From Selaginella moellendorffii (taxonomy: Eukaryota; Plantae; Lycopodiophyta), in the NCBI RefSeq assembly GCF_000143415.4, contig NW_003314279.1, positions 1,873,679 to 1,937,678 on the forward strand: a stretch of DNA of 64,000 nt. Direction: 5' to 3'. Positions 23,901 through 39,653 of the stretch are shown one piece after another. The translations under genes and the position numbers were made by a program. Each line of letters starts with the position of its first letter. The first letter of the stretch is position 1. The notes beneath the pieces were generated by a model. That model was not told where the DNA came from. It made no database searches and saw only the letters and a list, made by a program, of their open reading frames with translations.

Positions 23901-24671
23901 GAAAGGGATGCAGTGTATTCTTATACTTGATGCTAATCACATATACTTTCAACAACCTTTAGTGTAAAAAGCATCTCTTCCTTGTAAAGCTCTCTTGCCT
24001 GATTAGTAAAGATATATCATCAAGTTCTCTATAAAGTGTAAACACTACATTGCCATAAATAATAATCATCTATATCAATGTTTGGTTCACACTTGTATTT
24101 CTCTAGGTCCTATAACAAGTTCACCTAGGTAAACAAAGGTTATATGAGTTAATAGGACTGTAATCTTGTGTCTAAATGAAAAGTTCCTCGACCTTTCCAA
24201 ATGAGCTATATAATCATTTATCAAGATATTGAAAGTTTCCTAGTTCAGAATGTAAAAAGCCTCTTACATCTAATTCTTAGCATCTTTTATATTCAAGTTT
24301 TTCTTATAAACATCAATCAAAAGATTGTAATAGCCATGATTTATCTGGAAAGTCATGCTTTACATCACCCACAACACAAATAATTATAAAAAAGAAAGAT
24401 TCATAAAAGTTGCAATGGAAGAACACTACAACCTATGTAACAGACTTATGCATTTATGTAACAAGAACATTAATGTGACCTTTAGGTAGGTGTCCAAATA
24501 GCTAAGGCATCTTCTTTCAATATAGAACTTGTGCCAGAAAACCTGTTGCTATCTATACAAGAAAGATCAAAGTTCAAGAGAAGAGAAGAAAAATAAGAGA
24601 AAAGAAGAAGAGAAAAAACAAAAAAAGAAAAGCAAGGTGTTTATACATAAGTGGATGTTCTCTAAGTAGCT

Positions 24672-26064
24672 GTCTGGATTCGGAACCACCACATGCCGAT
24701 CGAACCGACCAGGACGGACAAGCGCCTTGTCGAGAGATTCGGGGAAGTTCGTAGCCGCGATCACTATGATGCCTTCGTTTTGCTTGAAACCGTCCAGCTC
24801 CACCAACAACTGGTTCAGTGCGCTTCTTCGCAGCTGCGAATAAGTCCCGCGCTCGCCGAGCACCAACTCCGACGAACATTTCCTCGAACTCGCTCCCGCT
24901 GCAATAGAAAAACGGTACCACTGCTTCACCAGCAATTGCCAGAGCCAGCATCTCTTTCCTGTTCCAGGAGGCCCAACCAGAAGGACGCCTTTCGGTAGCT
25001 TGCCACCTAGACGGGTAAATTTCTGCAAAGAAGCAACCGAGACTGGAGTTACAAACCGGAGAAACACGAAAGAAAAATAGATAAAGCAATGACCTTTGGA
25101 TCCCAAAGATAGTGAACAATCTCCTCCAACTCCGCTTTGGCTTCGTCGACTCTTTTCACGTCACTGAACTTGGTATTAGACTCCGAGCTTGGCTGTACCT
25201 CCTCATTGAGACCCAGCCCTGCCAGGAACCTCCTTTCCTATACAGACAAGGATGCCAGTTCAACACGTAGGCAAGACCTTAAAACAAACGCATCCATCCA
25301 TTGCAAGCCATGCTCTACGATGCTTACCTTTGCTGAGGGCCTTGTCCTTGACAATGGCCCCAACGCCAGAGAGAAGTAGAAAGCCCAGAGCCAAGGTTCG
25401 AACAGTCCGCCACACTTGAACTCTAAAACCTCCTTCGGACGTGACCATGTGGATTGGCGCACTGGGAGAGCCCAAAATTCCGTCTTTCGTGGCTGTTCCT
25501 ACTGCCGGAAACGCCGAAGACATGATCGGTCGCGCCTCAGCTTGAAAACTTCCTAGCGATGCAGTTGCTCCTACACGGTTTAAAAGAAAAAAGGAGGATC
25601 AGATCCGATAAAGAAAGAGTTACAGCGTTTACCTCTTTGCAGCGTTTTCAACAAGGCACTGTCATCGAGCCTATCGACCTTGACGAGAGCTTTGAGATAC
25701 TCGGCCAAAGCACTGGCGCTGCGCTGCGGAAGTGGTCTACCCTCGGGATCCACCTCGTTAAGATCTCTTAGAAACTTCACTTGTTTCTCCTGAGCAGGGT
25801 CCTCCTTCTCTCTCCAGCTGCTCCAGCCTTCTCGAGAAATTGCTTGTGTAGCTGGACATGCAGCATCTCTTGAAATTCAAGCATCATTAGCAACGGGAAG
25901 AGGACGAGGGAAATCGGATAGAAAAATGCCTGCATCCAGCTGCTTCAACACAATCGCGCGTCCCAGCCCATATCGAAATCCGCGGGCAATCAGCGCGGGC
26001 GCAGCCCTAATGGGAGAGAGGAAAGAGAGCGCCATACCTTCTCCAGCAACTGACGCCATGCCAT
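24672..26064 (-). pseudogene. FTSH4: Mitochondrial i-AAA protease FTSH4 pseudogene (introns retained, internal deletions, 3'-truncated)
   Basis: Starts MAWRQLLEK|gt at 26064. Contains [47 protein letters not shown] and [16 protein letters not shown], then a frameshift. The Walker B segment between AAKKR and [11 protein letters not shown] is deleted. The sequence ends at VVVPNPD, with no M41 protease domain. Confidence 0.9.
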
Positions 26065-26380
26065 GCCGCCCGAGCTCCCAAAATCGATCCTTCACGCGCT
26101 AGGGCGCCCTGGCAGCCACCGCCTTCACGTGCTAGGACGCCCTGGCAGCCACCGCCTCCCCCAGAAGTCCCCAAACTATCCCGCGTTTCAATTCCCCCTT
26201 AATTTCGTGGCATATTCTCCCGCGTGAGACGGAAGATTCTAAAAGTACACATTCACAACCAAAAAAAAAAACCCAGCCTTTTGGCTGGTTATATAATACA
26301 AAGAAAACTGTACATTCTCTTCCATTGTAAAAAATGTGGTGATGCACCTGGAGCTATCGTTATGGGGGCAGCACCGAGTT

Positions 26381-26602
26381 NNNNNNNNNNNNNNNNNNNN
26401 NNNNNNNNNNNNNNNNNNNNNNNNNNNNNNNNNNNNNNNNNNNNNNNNNNNNNNNNNNNNNNNNNNNNNNNNNNNNNNNNNNNNNNNNNNNNNNNNNNNN
26501 NNNNNNNNNNNNNNNNNNNNNNNNNNNNNNNNNNNNNNNNNNNNNNNNNNNNNNNNNNNNNNNNNNNNNNNNNNNNNNNNNNNNNNNNNNNNNNNNNNNN
26601 NN
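26381..26602. other. Assembly gap (222 N)
   Basis: Run of N. Confidence 1.
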
Positions 26603-29600
26603 TGACTCTCCAGCTGAGACGTGAGGAGGCCGTAGAGAGACCACGCCGGTGGCGAGGCCCAGTAGTACCACCTCCACCACACTGGAATCGCCTGAGAGAC
26701 ACCAAGAAACAAACCAAAGTGTTAAGGAAAGAAATGTGTGGAATTCATGAACTTACCGGTCGAGGGATGATGAAGCCAGAGAACAGGTTCCAGATTCCGT
26801 AGAATGCCGAGGATACGATGGTTGCAATCTGGTCGTTGGGTGACAGCGCCACCGTCACCATGCCGTAGAGCGTGAAGTAGAGGAACGTCATGTACAAGAA
26901 GAAGAGGAACCACAAGAACTTGGCTGCTGTCCATTCCAGCTGCATCGTCGCGTACACAATGAGTCCATACGCGAAGGCTTGCACGAACACGTAGGGAATC
27001 TCGATCAGGACCTGGACGCACGGAGTTTTCCTTGATGAGTCAAACGAAATCTGAAGAGTCGGATGTATGCCTTACCTGAGCAAAAGCATATGGAAGGGGA
27101 GAGTACATTCCAGCGGCTCTTTCTCGATAGTAGACCGTTCGCTCGATAGCAACGACTGGCTGCACTCCTGACGAATTGCTGAACCCAATGAAGAGCACAG
27201 CAGCGTATATAGATCCCATCAGATTAAAGAGGTCTTGTTCTCGTGATCTGCTCACGAGAGAAAGGCAGGAGTCAGAATCAACGCTTGATTGAACTACACA
27301 ACGTTTACCTTTTGGAGCCGATGTCCCAAAACATTGTGCCAAATATTATCGCGACAACCAAGGTGAAGAACATGCGAACCAGAACGTAGTATGGATTTTT
27401 CCAGTATGACTGATGTTGTTTCCACAAGCATCCCATGACCTGTCCGAGGAACGACAGAGGGTATTGCGTTGGAAACCATATGTCCTCCGTGCCGGGAACC
27501 GGAGTGCTCAGCTGAGTAATAATAGCTTCATTGTGCCTAGACACACCAGTGGTTTAGCCAAGAAAGAGATAATGGTCAAGTGTGCTTACTGGTAGACTGA
27601 AGAAGTTTTATAGATGTCCGCAAAATCTACTCCCAGACGATTCTCCACGTCTGCAGCGGTAACCTCTAACATCCATGTAGCTGGATTGTATCCTTCTCTT
27701 ATGTTAGGAACACCGCTAATACCCTGGGGAAATTAATCCATATAAATCATCTCAAGTCTGCAAGAACAACGCAAGCGACTTACCTGAAAGTATTCAACAA
27801 GTTTGTGCGAGTTCTTTCCCAAGGAACCTGCGTAGACAACGCGCCCTCCGCGTTTCATCAACAGAAGCTGGAGAAAGCAGGCAGGTTTTCAAGAGAGTTT
27901 GCAAGGTAATAATCGCGTACCTCATCGAAGGCCTCAAAAATGTCAATGCTAGGCTGATGAATGGTGCAGACGACAGTGCGACCGGTGTCGACAGTGTTGC
28001 GGACCGTTCTCATGACAATTGCTGCCGCTCGTGCATCCAGTCCGGAAGTTGGCTCGTCCATGAAAATAATTGAAGGATTTGCAACGAGCTCCACGGCAAT
28101 TGTCAGTCGTTTCCGCTGCTCGGTCGAAAGTCCATCAACTCCAGGGAGACCAACCAACGCATCCCGGAGAGGGTTAAGCTCTACAAGCTCCATAACTTCT
28201 TCCACAAACATCTGTTCCAAAACTCATCTTAGCAAACTTGACTACGAAAAACATCTCTCTCCTTACCTTTTTCGTCCCCTTATCAATGTCATCCGATAGT
28301 CGGAGCCAAGCAGAATAAACAAGTGACTCGTACACTGTAACGTTGGGTGAATGAATGTCAGTCTGTTCGCAATAACCCGAAATCCTAGCAAAAGTAGCCT
28401 GGTTTTTGGGATAGCCGGAGATGCGAATGTCGCCTTCAATGTAGCCACCAGTTTTACGCCCGGCTAAAACATCCATGAGAGTTGTCTTTCCAGCACCGCT
28501 TACACCGACAAGAGCCGTGAGAACTCCAGGCCTGAAGCTACTGCTTACGTCGTGCAGCAACTGTAATCTATTTTCTGTCACGCCTTGTTGCTTCATTTCC
28601 TGTTCCAAGTGCATTAGAACTCAATATCCTACAAAGGAAATGCGTAAAAGCATACCGCGGGCATGTCAACGTAGTAGTTAACATGATTGAATGACATTGC
28701 TAAAGGTTGAAACGGGAGTATCATTCCCCTTTTAGAATCGGCACCCATTCGACCAGACGTAAGCTCCAAATCTCCTGGCATTCGATGTTAGACCATATAA
28801 TGAAATTTGTGATGGCGCCATTACCTGCATTAGAAGATCTGCCCGATCGCTTTGATTTTGCATGCACTGATCTTTCTGAGACTTCGCCGGTACGATTCAT
28901 GTTCTGCTCTTCTAGTATTTCCTCAGACACTACGGCCTGCGGTTTCCCAGGAGCTGTTTGAATATAAAAATGAGTACCTACATGGAGAAAAAAAATAGAT
29001 TCCTACGTACCACTGAAGTAAGCGAGTGCCAAAGTGAAAACAACGTTGAAGAGAATGGCATAAGCCAACTGAGCACCAGTTCCAAGCCAATACCAGTTTT
29101 TATTGGGGAACAGGCCTCGAGACTCTAGAACTTGGTTGCCAATGGTGGTGGTCTGATTGGCATTTTCGAGAATCTGCCATCTTGATGCACTGAACTCGTT
29201 CACGGCAAGCGCATTCTGTGCGTACATCATGGGCGACGACCAATATCCCCAAATCCACCAAGGTTCAACGTCCTCTGGAAATTAAAGACCATTATAAGTT
29301 GTGCTACCTGAGTATAGTCAATGGATTACCTCTAGAAAGAAGAAAACCACCGAGGGCAAGAATTATCAGCAGCGTGAAAGAGCCGAAGGTGTTTGCTACA
29401 ACCATAGTCCGAGAAAGTGAAGCAATGAATCGGAAAAGACCTCCCGACATTTGATGAATTAGGAACATGAGAAGGAACTGCTGGAAGAACCTGAAACACT
29501 CAAACATAAAATATCAACACTATTTCTCACTAAACATCAATGTAACAAACCTGGCGGCACTAGGAGCAAATCCAACCACGTAGTACGTCATGCACACCCA

Positions 29601-31981
29601 AAGTGCTGATTCGAGCAGGGACACTGGAATTCGAGTGATCACGTTAGGAAGAGAAAATGCCCACGCAGGAAATAGCATCTGGTCCCGCTGCTTGTAAAAT
29701 ACTGGAAGGCGCGCAATGGTCATCGACAACTCCGCAAATCCATTAAACATGACGATCATCAGGCCGAAGAACAAGGCTCCCATGTAGAGACTGCCATCGC
29801 CAACAGTTCTGTGATGCATTTCGGTCCGGAGAAACACAGTCATCGTGATTACGGCTATAACAATCAGCTGCATTGGAAATTTTAGTATCAGATATATAGA
29901 TTTTAGTCTTTGATAGCATACCTGACAACTTTTGAACACGTAGACGAATGAGTTCCTCTTCATCAAAAGTATCTCCCGCGCCAAGAGAGCCTTGAAAAGC
30001 TCCCAGTTACTAAGAGCGTACTTCTGAGTGACAAGAGCTGCCGGATGGCTTTTACTCTTGTCAAAAGGCCGCGCCAATTCTTCAGCAATGTTCTGACCGA
30101 CATGGAACTTTTGAAAGGCATCCGCGAACTCCTGGACAGGTATAAATCTGTATGGCATCCTCTTGTCAGCCCAATACTGTTCCTGGTCTTTCCTTGACGT
30201 AACTTCTTGCAAAAAGTCTGCGACACCTTTCCTCGGAGGACATTTAAATCCCTGCGTCTCGAAGAAATCCAACACGAGTTCCCGGGGGCCCTGATATACA
30301 ATCTGCCCCTCCGATAGAAGAATCAAGTCGTCGAAAAGCTCAAACGTCTCGGGAGCAGGCTGGAGCAAGGAGATGACCATGGTAGCATCGAGCACATGGA
30401 CAAACTGCCTTAAGCTCTTCACTATCTGAAATGTGGTCGAGCTGTCAAGACCGGTTGAAATCTCGTCCATGAAAAGAGACTTTGCAGGCCCAACGAGCAT
30501 CTCTCCTGCAAAATAAACATTTGTCATAAACAAATCGTGACCAAAAAGCTTCCAGGCTTGCAAGTCTTACCTGTAGTGACACGCTTCTTTTGTCCTCCAG
30601 AAATACCCCTGCGCATGGCGTCTCCGACAAGTATATCAGAACAAACGTCCAAACCCAAAATCTGGAAGCGAAAAAATGCATGAGAACCGCGAATCCTCTT
30701 TGATCACGATCCAAAACACGCTTACCTTCAGCACATAGTCCGTTACAATGGAGGTCTCCTGACCCTCTATAGCCGACGCCTGTAAGAAGCTCGTAAGAAC
30801 GCTGCCAACCACAAAGTGCTTATTACCTTCATGAACGCATCAACATCGGGATCCGGTTTGATCTTGGCGTTTTTCTCCCGTCTTGAAAGCTCCGTTATCA
30901 TCTCTGACACAAGTTATAAGAAAGTCAATTCCACGTGCACGCCAACCCAGGACGTTGTTTACCATATCTGCTTCCCACGCCTTGACACCTAGAAGCAAAA
31001 TCAAACGTCTCCCTCACTGTCAACTCCCCGCTATGCAAGTCGTGTTGGCTTATGTAAGCAGAAGTCCTTTGAGGCACAAATTCAGTCAATGTGTGGCCAT
31101 TGTAGGTGACTCTCCCAGAAACCTGTAAAGTAAAATCTAAGATGAGAACCATCTCCTAAAAGCTAGAGGACTTCCTTGCCTTAAGGCTTTGGTCCAACTT
31201 TCCAGAAAGCGCCAGAAGCAGCGTAGTTTTCCCTGCGTTAGGAGGGCCCAGCAGAAGTGTCATCCTGTAGAGAAGTATGAGTACAAGATTTTCGCCGAAA
31301 GCTGCAGCAATTTCATTACCTGGAAGGCTTCACGATACCACTAACGTTGCGCAAAATCGTGAGGACGTGTTTCTTAGAAGGGAGCAAGTGTAACTTTCCC
31401 AAGATTTGCTGGAAAAACAAATCACAACAAAAAAGTAAGAGCCAGAGAGCGATGAAAAGATTTTTTCGTTAATAATACGAACCTGGGACATGTTGATGAC
31501 AAAGTTAAACAGCGTCGGTAGAGCTCGCTTGCCGACATGTACATCAGCTTCGATTTGAAGTCCTTCGTACCTCACCTCGATTTTGGGAAGGTCTATCCCG
31601 ACTCTGAGACAATTGTTCCAAGAGTGAGAAGAAACTCGAATCAAAAGAGTTCTACTACCTGTCGATCCTTTCCCGGAGCTTGCGGATGAACATCTCGTTC
31701 TCCGTGTCCGTTGTTGCCAAGAGCTTCTCCACAAGATTCCTCCTCTCCACGAGGCCCAAGGACTTGACATCAATGTGCTCGTGGCGAGTGCTCCCATGCT
31801 CGCCCACGTTCTTGATTATGGCCGTCCGGAGGCGATCGTATGTGGGAAGCTTCTCCAGCGCGGCCCATTTCAGGGCCTCCTCATCGTCCACCTCCCTGAC
31901 CGAGCTGCGCGAGAAGACATTTTCCGTCCACGATCGCGAGCTCGCCGCTCTCATCAGCTCCACGTCGGTCGGAAGCGCCAT
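26603..31981 (-). CDS. ABCG: Full-size ABCG (pleiotropic drug resistance, PDR) transporter, multi-exon; last part lost in the gap
   Basis: N-terminus [24 protein letters not shown]1 [42 protein letters not shown]1. NBD2 [62 protein letters not shown]2 runs to [26 protein letters not shown]. Many GT-AG introns of about 50-60 nt. No disabling lesion was noticed. Confidence 0.93.
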
Positions 31982-32968
31982 CGCTCCCCCCTTGTCCCCT
32001 CTTTCGCGACGATCCAATGCAATATTTTCGGCAATATCTGGGGGCGAGGCGACCTACAAAATTCCACCCCCGATTCGACGAGCTACCACTAGAAGTCGAT
32101 TCGATCGAGATCCAGATCCTAGATCCTGGCGCTACATCCCTGGATCGATCGAGCCGGAAGAAATGAGGAGAATGGGAGCTAGGGCTTTATATAACTTGGA
32201 CATTTGGCCTCTTTGGACCATGGCCGAAAACTTCTACCAACAAGCCCATGCTACTCCATGGAAGCTTCTCATTTAGACGCTTCTGGGCTGGGATTTGATC
32301 CGACGGTCCAGACGCTTAACTAGAAAGCACACGTTGCTGTGATTTCATGACCCTCTTCTATGGAACATATGGAGAGTCCTCGCCAAAGGAGGAGTGGTCT
32401 TCTCGACGCCGCCGCACACGCTTTGGCGTGGATGCAAAGTTTTCTTCCCGGGTTTTTGCGCGAAATTTCGAAATAGAAGCGTTGACAGGGGTGAATATGC
32501 CGCGTACACTAGTTGTTTCAGCAATGGTGTTTGAACACTACCAATAAGATTGGAAAAAAGAATGGTGGTTGTTTCCTTGAATTCAGCCGGAATCGTTCGG
32601 CTATTCAATGTGACCTGATCAAAGGTCTTTACAAATTATAGTAACTTTTGATTACTGAATGTTTACTGGAGTTATTTTATTCAATATAATTCAATCTCAA
32701 AGTTAACCAGTTTGGAGTCAACTTTGATTTGCGATCTTTGAGCAGCATTCAAGATAGTTTTGCTCGGTGGAAGGAGGTCCCGTGCTAATGTAAAACACTT
32801 CGGATTACTAGCAGTTTTTTAAGTACAACTTGTGGTAGAATCTCATTACTAGAAGCTTTTAAATACAATATGTGCTGTCATAAGATCTCGCTGCGCTATA
32901 TGCTAAACATTCGCGTTTGCAAATCAAAAGATTTCAAAGAAATCGATTGAGATTCTCATCTTGTAAAC

Positions 32969-34873
<1,905 letters not shown>

Positions 34874-36164
34874 AGCCCCTAGTATTTATTTCTTTCTTTT
34901 GGCTTTAAAAATTAAAAGTATTGTGAATAACATTTCTATATCGAAATTGGACAATTTAATTATAAATTTTAAATTATTAAAATTATTTTTTAATATTAAT
35001 ATAGAATACAGAAATTTTTGGGCACATAAATTTACCCAAAAACTCTAATTTATATACAAGAGTGAATGATCCAGATTGAAATCAACTATTAAAATCCTAT
35101 TATACTAATAATAATTTATTAGTATTTGCCTAGCATATGCTGTGTAACTAACAAAATATTGTTTTGATTTTTCATTATATTAAAAATTATATTGAATTGT
35201 ATCAAAACAAGAAATATTATATTCCACTTTGATTGAGGGAATTATGCCTAGAAAATGCTAGATGAATACAAAAATTAATTTTTGTAAACTTGATAATATA
35301 AATATTTAAAACAAAATACATTCCTAGGCATAAGTAAGAATAAATATTCATTAATAAAAATATTAGATACAAACTTTTATTTGGGAATATGAATATATTT
35401 AGAAAAAACCTGACATAAAAATTAATTTTCTTTTATTAATAATATGTTATATGTAAATTTTATTTTTATTTGGGATAAACTTATTTTAAGATTTTATCAA
35501 ACAAATGAGAATAATTACTGCAAGATATTACTTAATTATAAATTTTATTTAGAATATATAACAATAAAGTTTTAGAAACATTAATATATTACTAACCAGA
35601 TCTGGTCAAGAAAAAACTTATTTGTAAATATATATAATATAGAAACTATAAATTCAAATCTTATATTCCATAGAATTATGTACTAATAAAATATATTTGT
35701 AGTTAGTAAAAATATTTTAAAATATTACTGTTTAATAAAATACTGCATACATTATCATAGTTTTTTTTTTGATAATGAGTTAGATTATAAATAAGTAAGG
35801 CTATATATAAAAATATAATATATACTTTTATTGTTTAAAGTTTTTTAATGTTTTTGTATTAACACTTGAAACTTTGATCATGGTCCTACACATTTATAAA
35901 ACTAAGTTAACCCACATTTTATATACCATCATTTGTTTTTTTTAAAATATATTCTAGTTGTGAGTGCATGGAATATGGAAAGGGAATACAGAAATGTGCA
36001 TATCAATTAGCCCAAAAACCCTAGCTTATATACAGGAGCGAGTGGTCCGGATTGAAACCAATCTGACAGCTACCAAAATCCACTACGCTAATATTAGTAT
36101 ACGGCATCGTAGCCGTACACTTGGCCCTCACATCATCCCCTCCTCTCGGAATAATGGAAGGCCG

Positions 36165-39100
36165 TCAGGGTTCTCTTGTAGATGGGCCAGGATCTGGAGG
36201 AACGTTAGGAGGAGGCATCGGTGGATCTGTAGATGGTATTAACTGCTCCTGATCCCTTTGTATGAAGTGTTTTAACCGCTGCACATGCACAATCTCCGGA
36301 GGATCGGCCTGCTGAACGTCATGCCGAACCTCATAAACTTGTGGTCCAACTTGCCGCAACACCCGATACGGTCCTTTCCACTGCGCAAGGAGCCCCTTAG
36401 ATAAACCACGTACCGTAAGATGGGGAAAATGGACTAACACCAAATCATCCACTTTGTACTCCGCTGGTGGACGATGATGGGAATTGTAGCGCCGTTGTTG
36501 TCCCACTTGTACGCGGCCTAAGTGTTCAGTAGACTCTGCTCGGACAAGTGGAAGAATGCTTGTCAAATATTGATCCCATGACCTAGCATCAGGAGCTCGT
36601 GGCAATCGCGAAGGTAAACCCAGCTCTGTTGGTAATATTGGATCATGACCATATAGAAGTTTATATGGTGAAGCACCAATAGAACTCTGCACCCCTGTGA
36701 CATAAGCATACCGAAGAGACGGCAAATAACCATCCCAATCCGAATGTTGAAAGTTCACATACTTCGCAATCATCCCTTTGAATGTCCGAACGAGCCGTTC
36801 CACCAGACCGTCTAATTGTGGATGATAAGCACTTGTAAAAGTGTGGCGTATCCCCAACCGAGATGTCAAAACATGAAATACCTCAGCCATAAATACAGGA
36901 CCATTATCCGAAAGAATCCGTTCTGGACAAGAATGCTGGAACACCACTCGATTGAGGAGGAAGTATCCAACAGCAGTTGCAAAGGCACTAGCAAGAGCAC
37001 CAACTTCCACCCAACAAGTCAAGTAGTCAGAAGCAATAATAACATACTCATTGCCAGCAGTCGATCGCGGAAAAGGTCCCATAAGATCAAACGCCACCAA
37101 CTCAAACGGACGAAAAACTGCAATTGACTCCAACCGTCCTTCCGCAGCACAAGGGGGAGTATTACGAGCTTGGCACCAAATGCAACTACGCACATACCGG
37201 ATAATATCACATCGCATCTCTGGCCAATAGAAAGATCTGCGCAGCTTTTCGGTGACACGACGGTGTCCCATATGCCCACCTAGAATAGGAGAATCATGGT
37301 AGACATGGAGAAACCGCGGAATAAACACCGAAGGCACCACCAGCCGTAAATGAGCATCAGGATCCGTCCCCACAAAATAAAGAAGGCCATCTTCAAGGCG
37401 ATATTGAGAATGTAAATGCCGAAAAGGCAAGTCATCAGCAAGTGATGCAGGATTCTCAAACCCATCTCGAAGCCTTCGAATCCATGGCTCAATCTTTTGA
37501 GCCTCGCGAACCTCATCCAGAGAAGGTAGATTTTGCTCTACGCCCTGTGTACACTGAACGTTAAGGACAGCAACCGCCGATGGCACAGAATCCTCATCTA
37601 GAAAATCCACAGATGCTAGAACAATAGGTTCGTCAGAAACATGAGAAGTGAGTGGAGAAGGAAGAGGAGCTCGAGAAAGGGCATCAGCATCAGCCATAGA
37701 ACTCCCTGGGCGATGAACAACATCGAAATCATATATCTGAAGCTTCAAAGCCCATCGAGCCGTATGACCAACCAGGTTCTTCTGCTTCAATAATGAAGTA
37801 ACAGCAGCATGGTCACCTTCAAGTAACGTCTGAGAACCATGTAGATAGGCATGAAGTTTCTCGAAACCCCAGACTGCTGCTAAACACTCCTTCTCCGTCG
37901 TGGAGTAGTTCATCTCCGCTGATTGTAATGTACGGCTTATGTATGCAATGGGATGGCGCTGACCAGGCACACTCGAGCTCTCTTGCATCAACACACCTCC
38001 AAGACCAATGTCAGAAGCATCCACGCGCAAATTAAAAGGTCGAGTGTAGTCAGGATATGCCAAAACCGGAGGAGTCGTCAATAGCTCTTTGAGATTCACG
38101 AACGCCCGCTCACAATCGGGAGACCAGATGAAAGATGACGTTGATGACTTCAGCAACGCTCGCAATGGTATAGTGCGATCGGAAAGATGATCCACAAAAC
38201 GACCGAGATACTGCACCTTACCCAAAAAGTGCTGCACATCATTCACACACTTCGGAGTAGGGAACTTTAGAACAGCCACAAGTTTGTCAGGATCAACTTG
38301 CAAACCCTCACAAGAAATACGGTACCCAAGATAAGTTGTGTCCTTGGACCCAAACACGCACTTCGACCGCTTCAGCTTTAAACCAACGTCGCGTAGCCGA
38401 TCCAACACTTTACAAACATCACGAACATGCTCCTCCTACGTCCCCTCTGAGTGGATCAAGACATCATCAATGAAGTCAGCCGTCACCTCCGGCATATCGC
38501 AAAGAACCTCGTCCATCATCCGCTGAAAAGTTGCTGGAGCATTGTTCAAACCAAACGGCATCACCAAAAACTCGTACAAACCAAATGGTGTACGAAAAGC
38601 AGTCTTAGGAATATCGTCTTCAGCCATCGGTACTTGCCAATACCCAGAAGCAAGATCTAGCTTGGTGAACCAACGACTTCGCCCCAGACGATCCAAGAGA
38701 TCAGCAGTGTGAGGAAGAGGGTACACGTCCGGGATCGTCACTTCATTTAATGGACGATAGTCGATGCAGAAACGAATACTCCCATCAGGCTTCGTCACAA
38801 GATGAGGTTCACATGCCCAAGGACTCCGCGACTTCCGAATAACACCCTTCTCCAACATCTCCTTGACGTTTGCACGTAAAATCTTGATCTCCTTGGGTGA
38901 CCGACGACGAACAGGAACCTTGATTGGACGAGCATCCCCAGTTGGAATGGGATGACGTGTGGCAATCTTGGCCCCATACGATAGGTCAAATTCAAAGAGA
39001 TCAGAATACTCCTTCATGAGCTGGTCAACAGCTGCAACACAAAGATCATTGGAGGGATCGGAAAAGGGAAGAGCAGAACAAGATGGAAACACAAGAGGAA

Positions 39101-39650
39101 ATAATGGGGGAACAAAAGTAATGGAAGCAGAGGTAGAAGTAGAGGGACGAAGAGGTACGGAAGTGAGAGGAATGGATGAAACATAAGGAAGTATGAGACA
39201 AGGGGGAAAAGCCTCAAAGTCACACTTGGCATGATTGTGCTGCAACCAATCCATACCAAGAATGAGGTCAAAAGCTTGACTCGGCACCACCCGCAACGAC
39301 TGCAACTCAAGCTCGAGATCGCCCACACGCACAACCAGGTCCGCCTCATCTCGTGCACATGCATGTGTACGGCCATTGCCATAAAGAATGAAAACTGGAT
39401 CCGCCACACGACGCAAGTGTAGACGACAACGTGTGGCAACAGGTCGAGCAATAGAAGATAAACTCGAACCTGTATCAACCAACACGGAGAGAAGAATAGG
39501 AGACCTCTTGTTATAAAAACGAGCTTGGAAAGTAAACACTGGATGAACCGGTGCCGAGTGAACCCCTTGATGATACTCCCGAAAGAAAGATGGAGGGGTC
39601 ACTAACTTATTCGCGCAAGGTCCCTCCATTACTCGCGCGACTCCTCGTTT
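36165..39650 (-). pseudogene. pol of element C (PR-RT-RNase H-IN), one premature TAG at 38436-38438
   Basis: PR VLVDTGSS, LILGMDWL. RT IRFCIDYRPLN, LDLASGYWQV, MPFGLNNAPATFQ, FIDDVLI. RH VDASDIGLG, TEKECLA, GDH. IN H-H-C-C, FDLMGP, SDNG, LVER, WKGPY. Confidence 0.93.
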
Positions 39651-39653
39651 CCC
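39589..39653 (-). promoter_or_regulatory. -1 programmed ribosomal frameshift signal (slippery heptamer plus H-type pseudoknot)
   Basis: The minus strand reads G GGA AAC, GAGGAG, TCGCGCGAG TA ATGGAGGG AC CTTGCGCGA ATAAGTTAGTGAC CCCTCCAT. The heptamer is in gag phase and pol is in the -1 frame. Confidence 0.85.

Noticed and set aside
19800-24560. AT-rich block with faint coding-like patches (for example 22990-23193 and GRGTFHL near 24170-24200 on the minus strand)
   Set aside because: It is too degenerate to assign. The resemblance to a Helitron Rep motif is a single short match.
26224-26802. ORFs spanning the N run
   Set aside because: They are artefacts of translating through the assembly gap.
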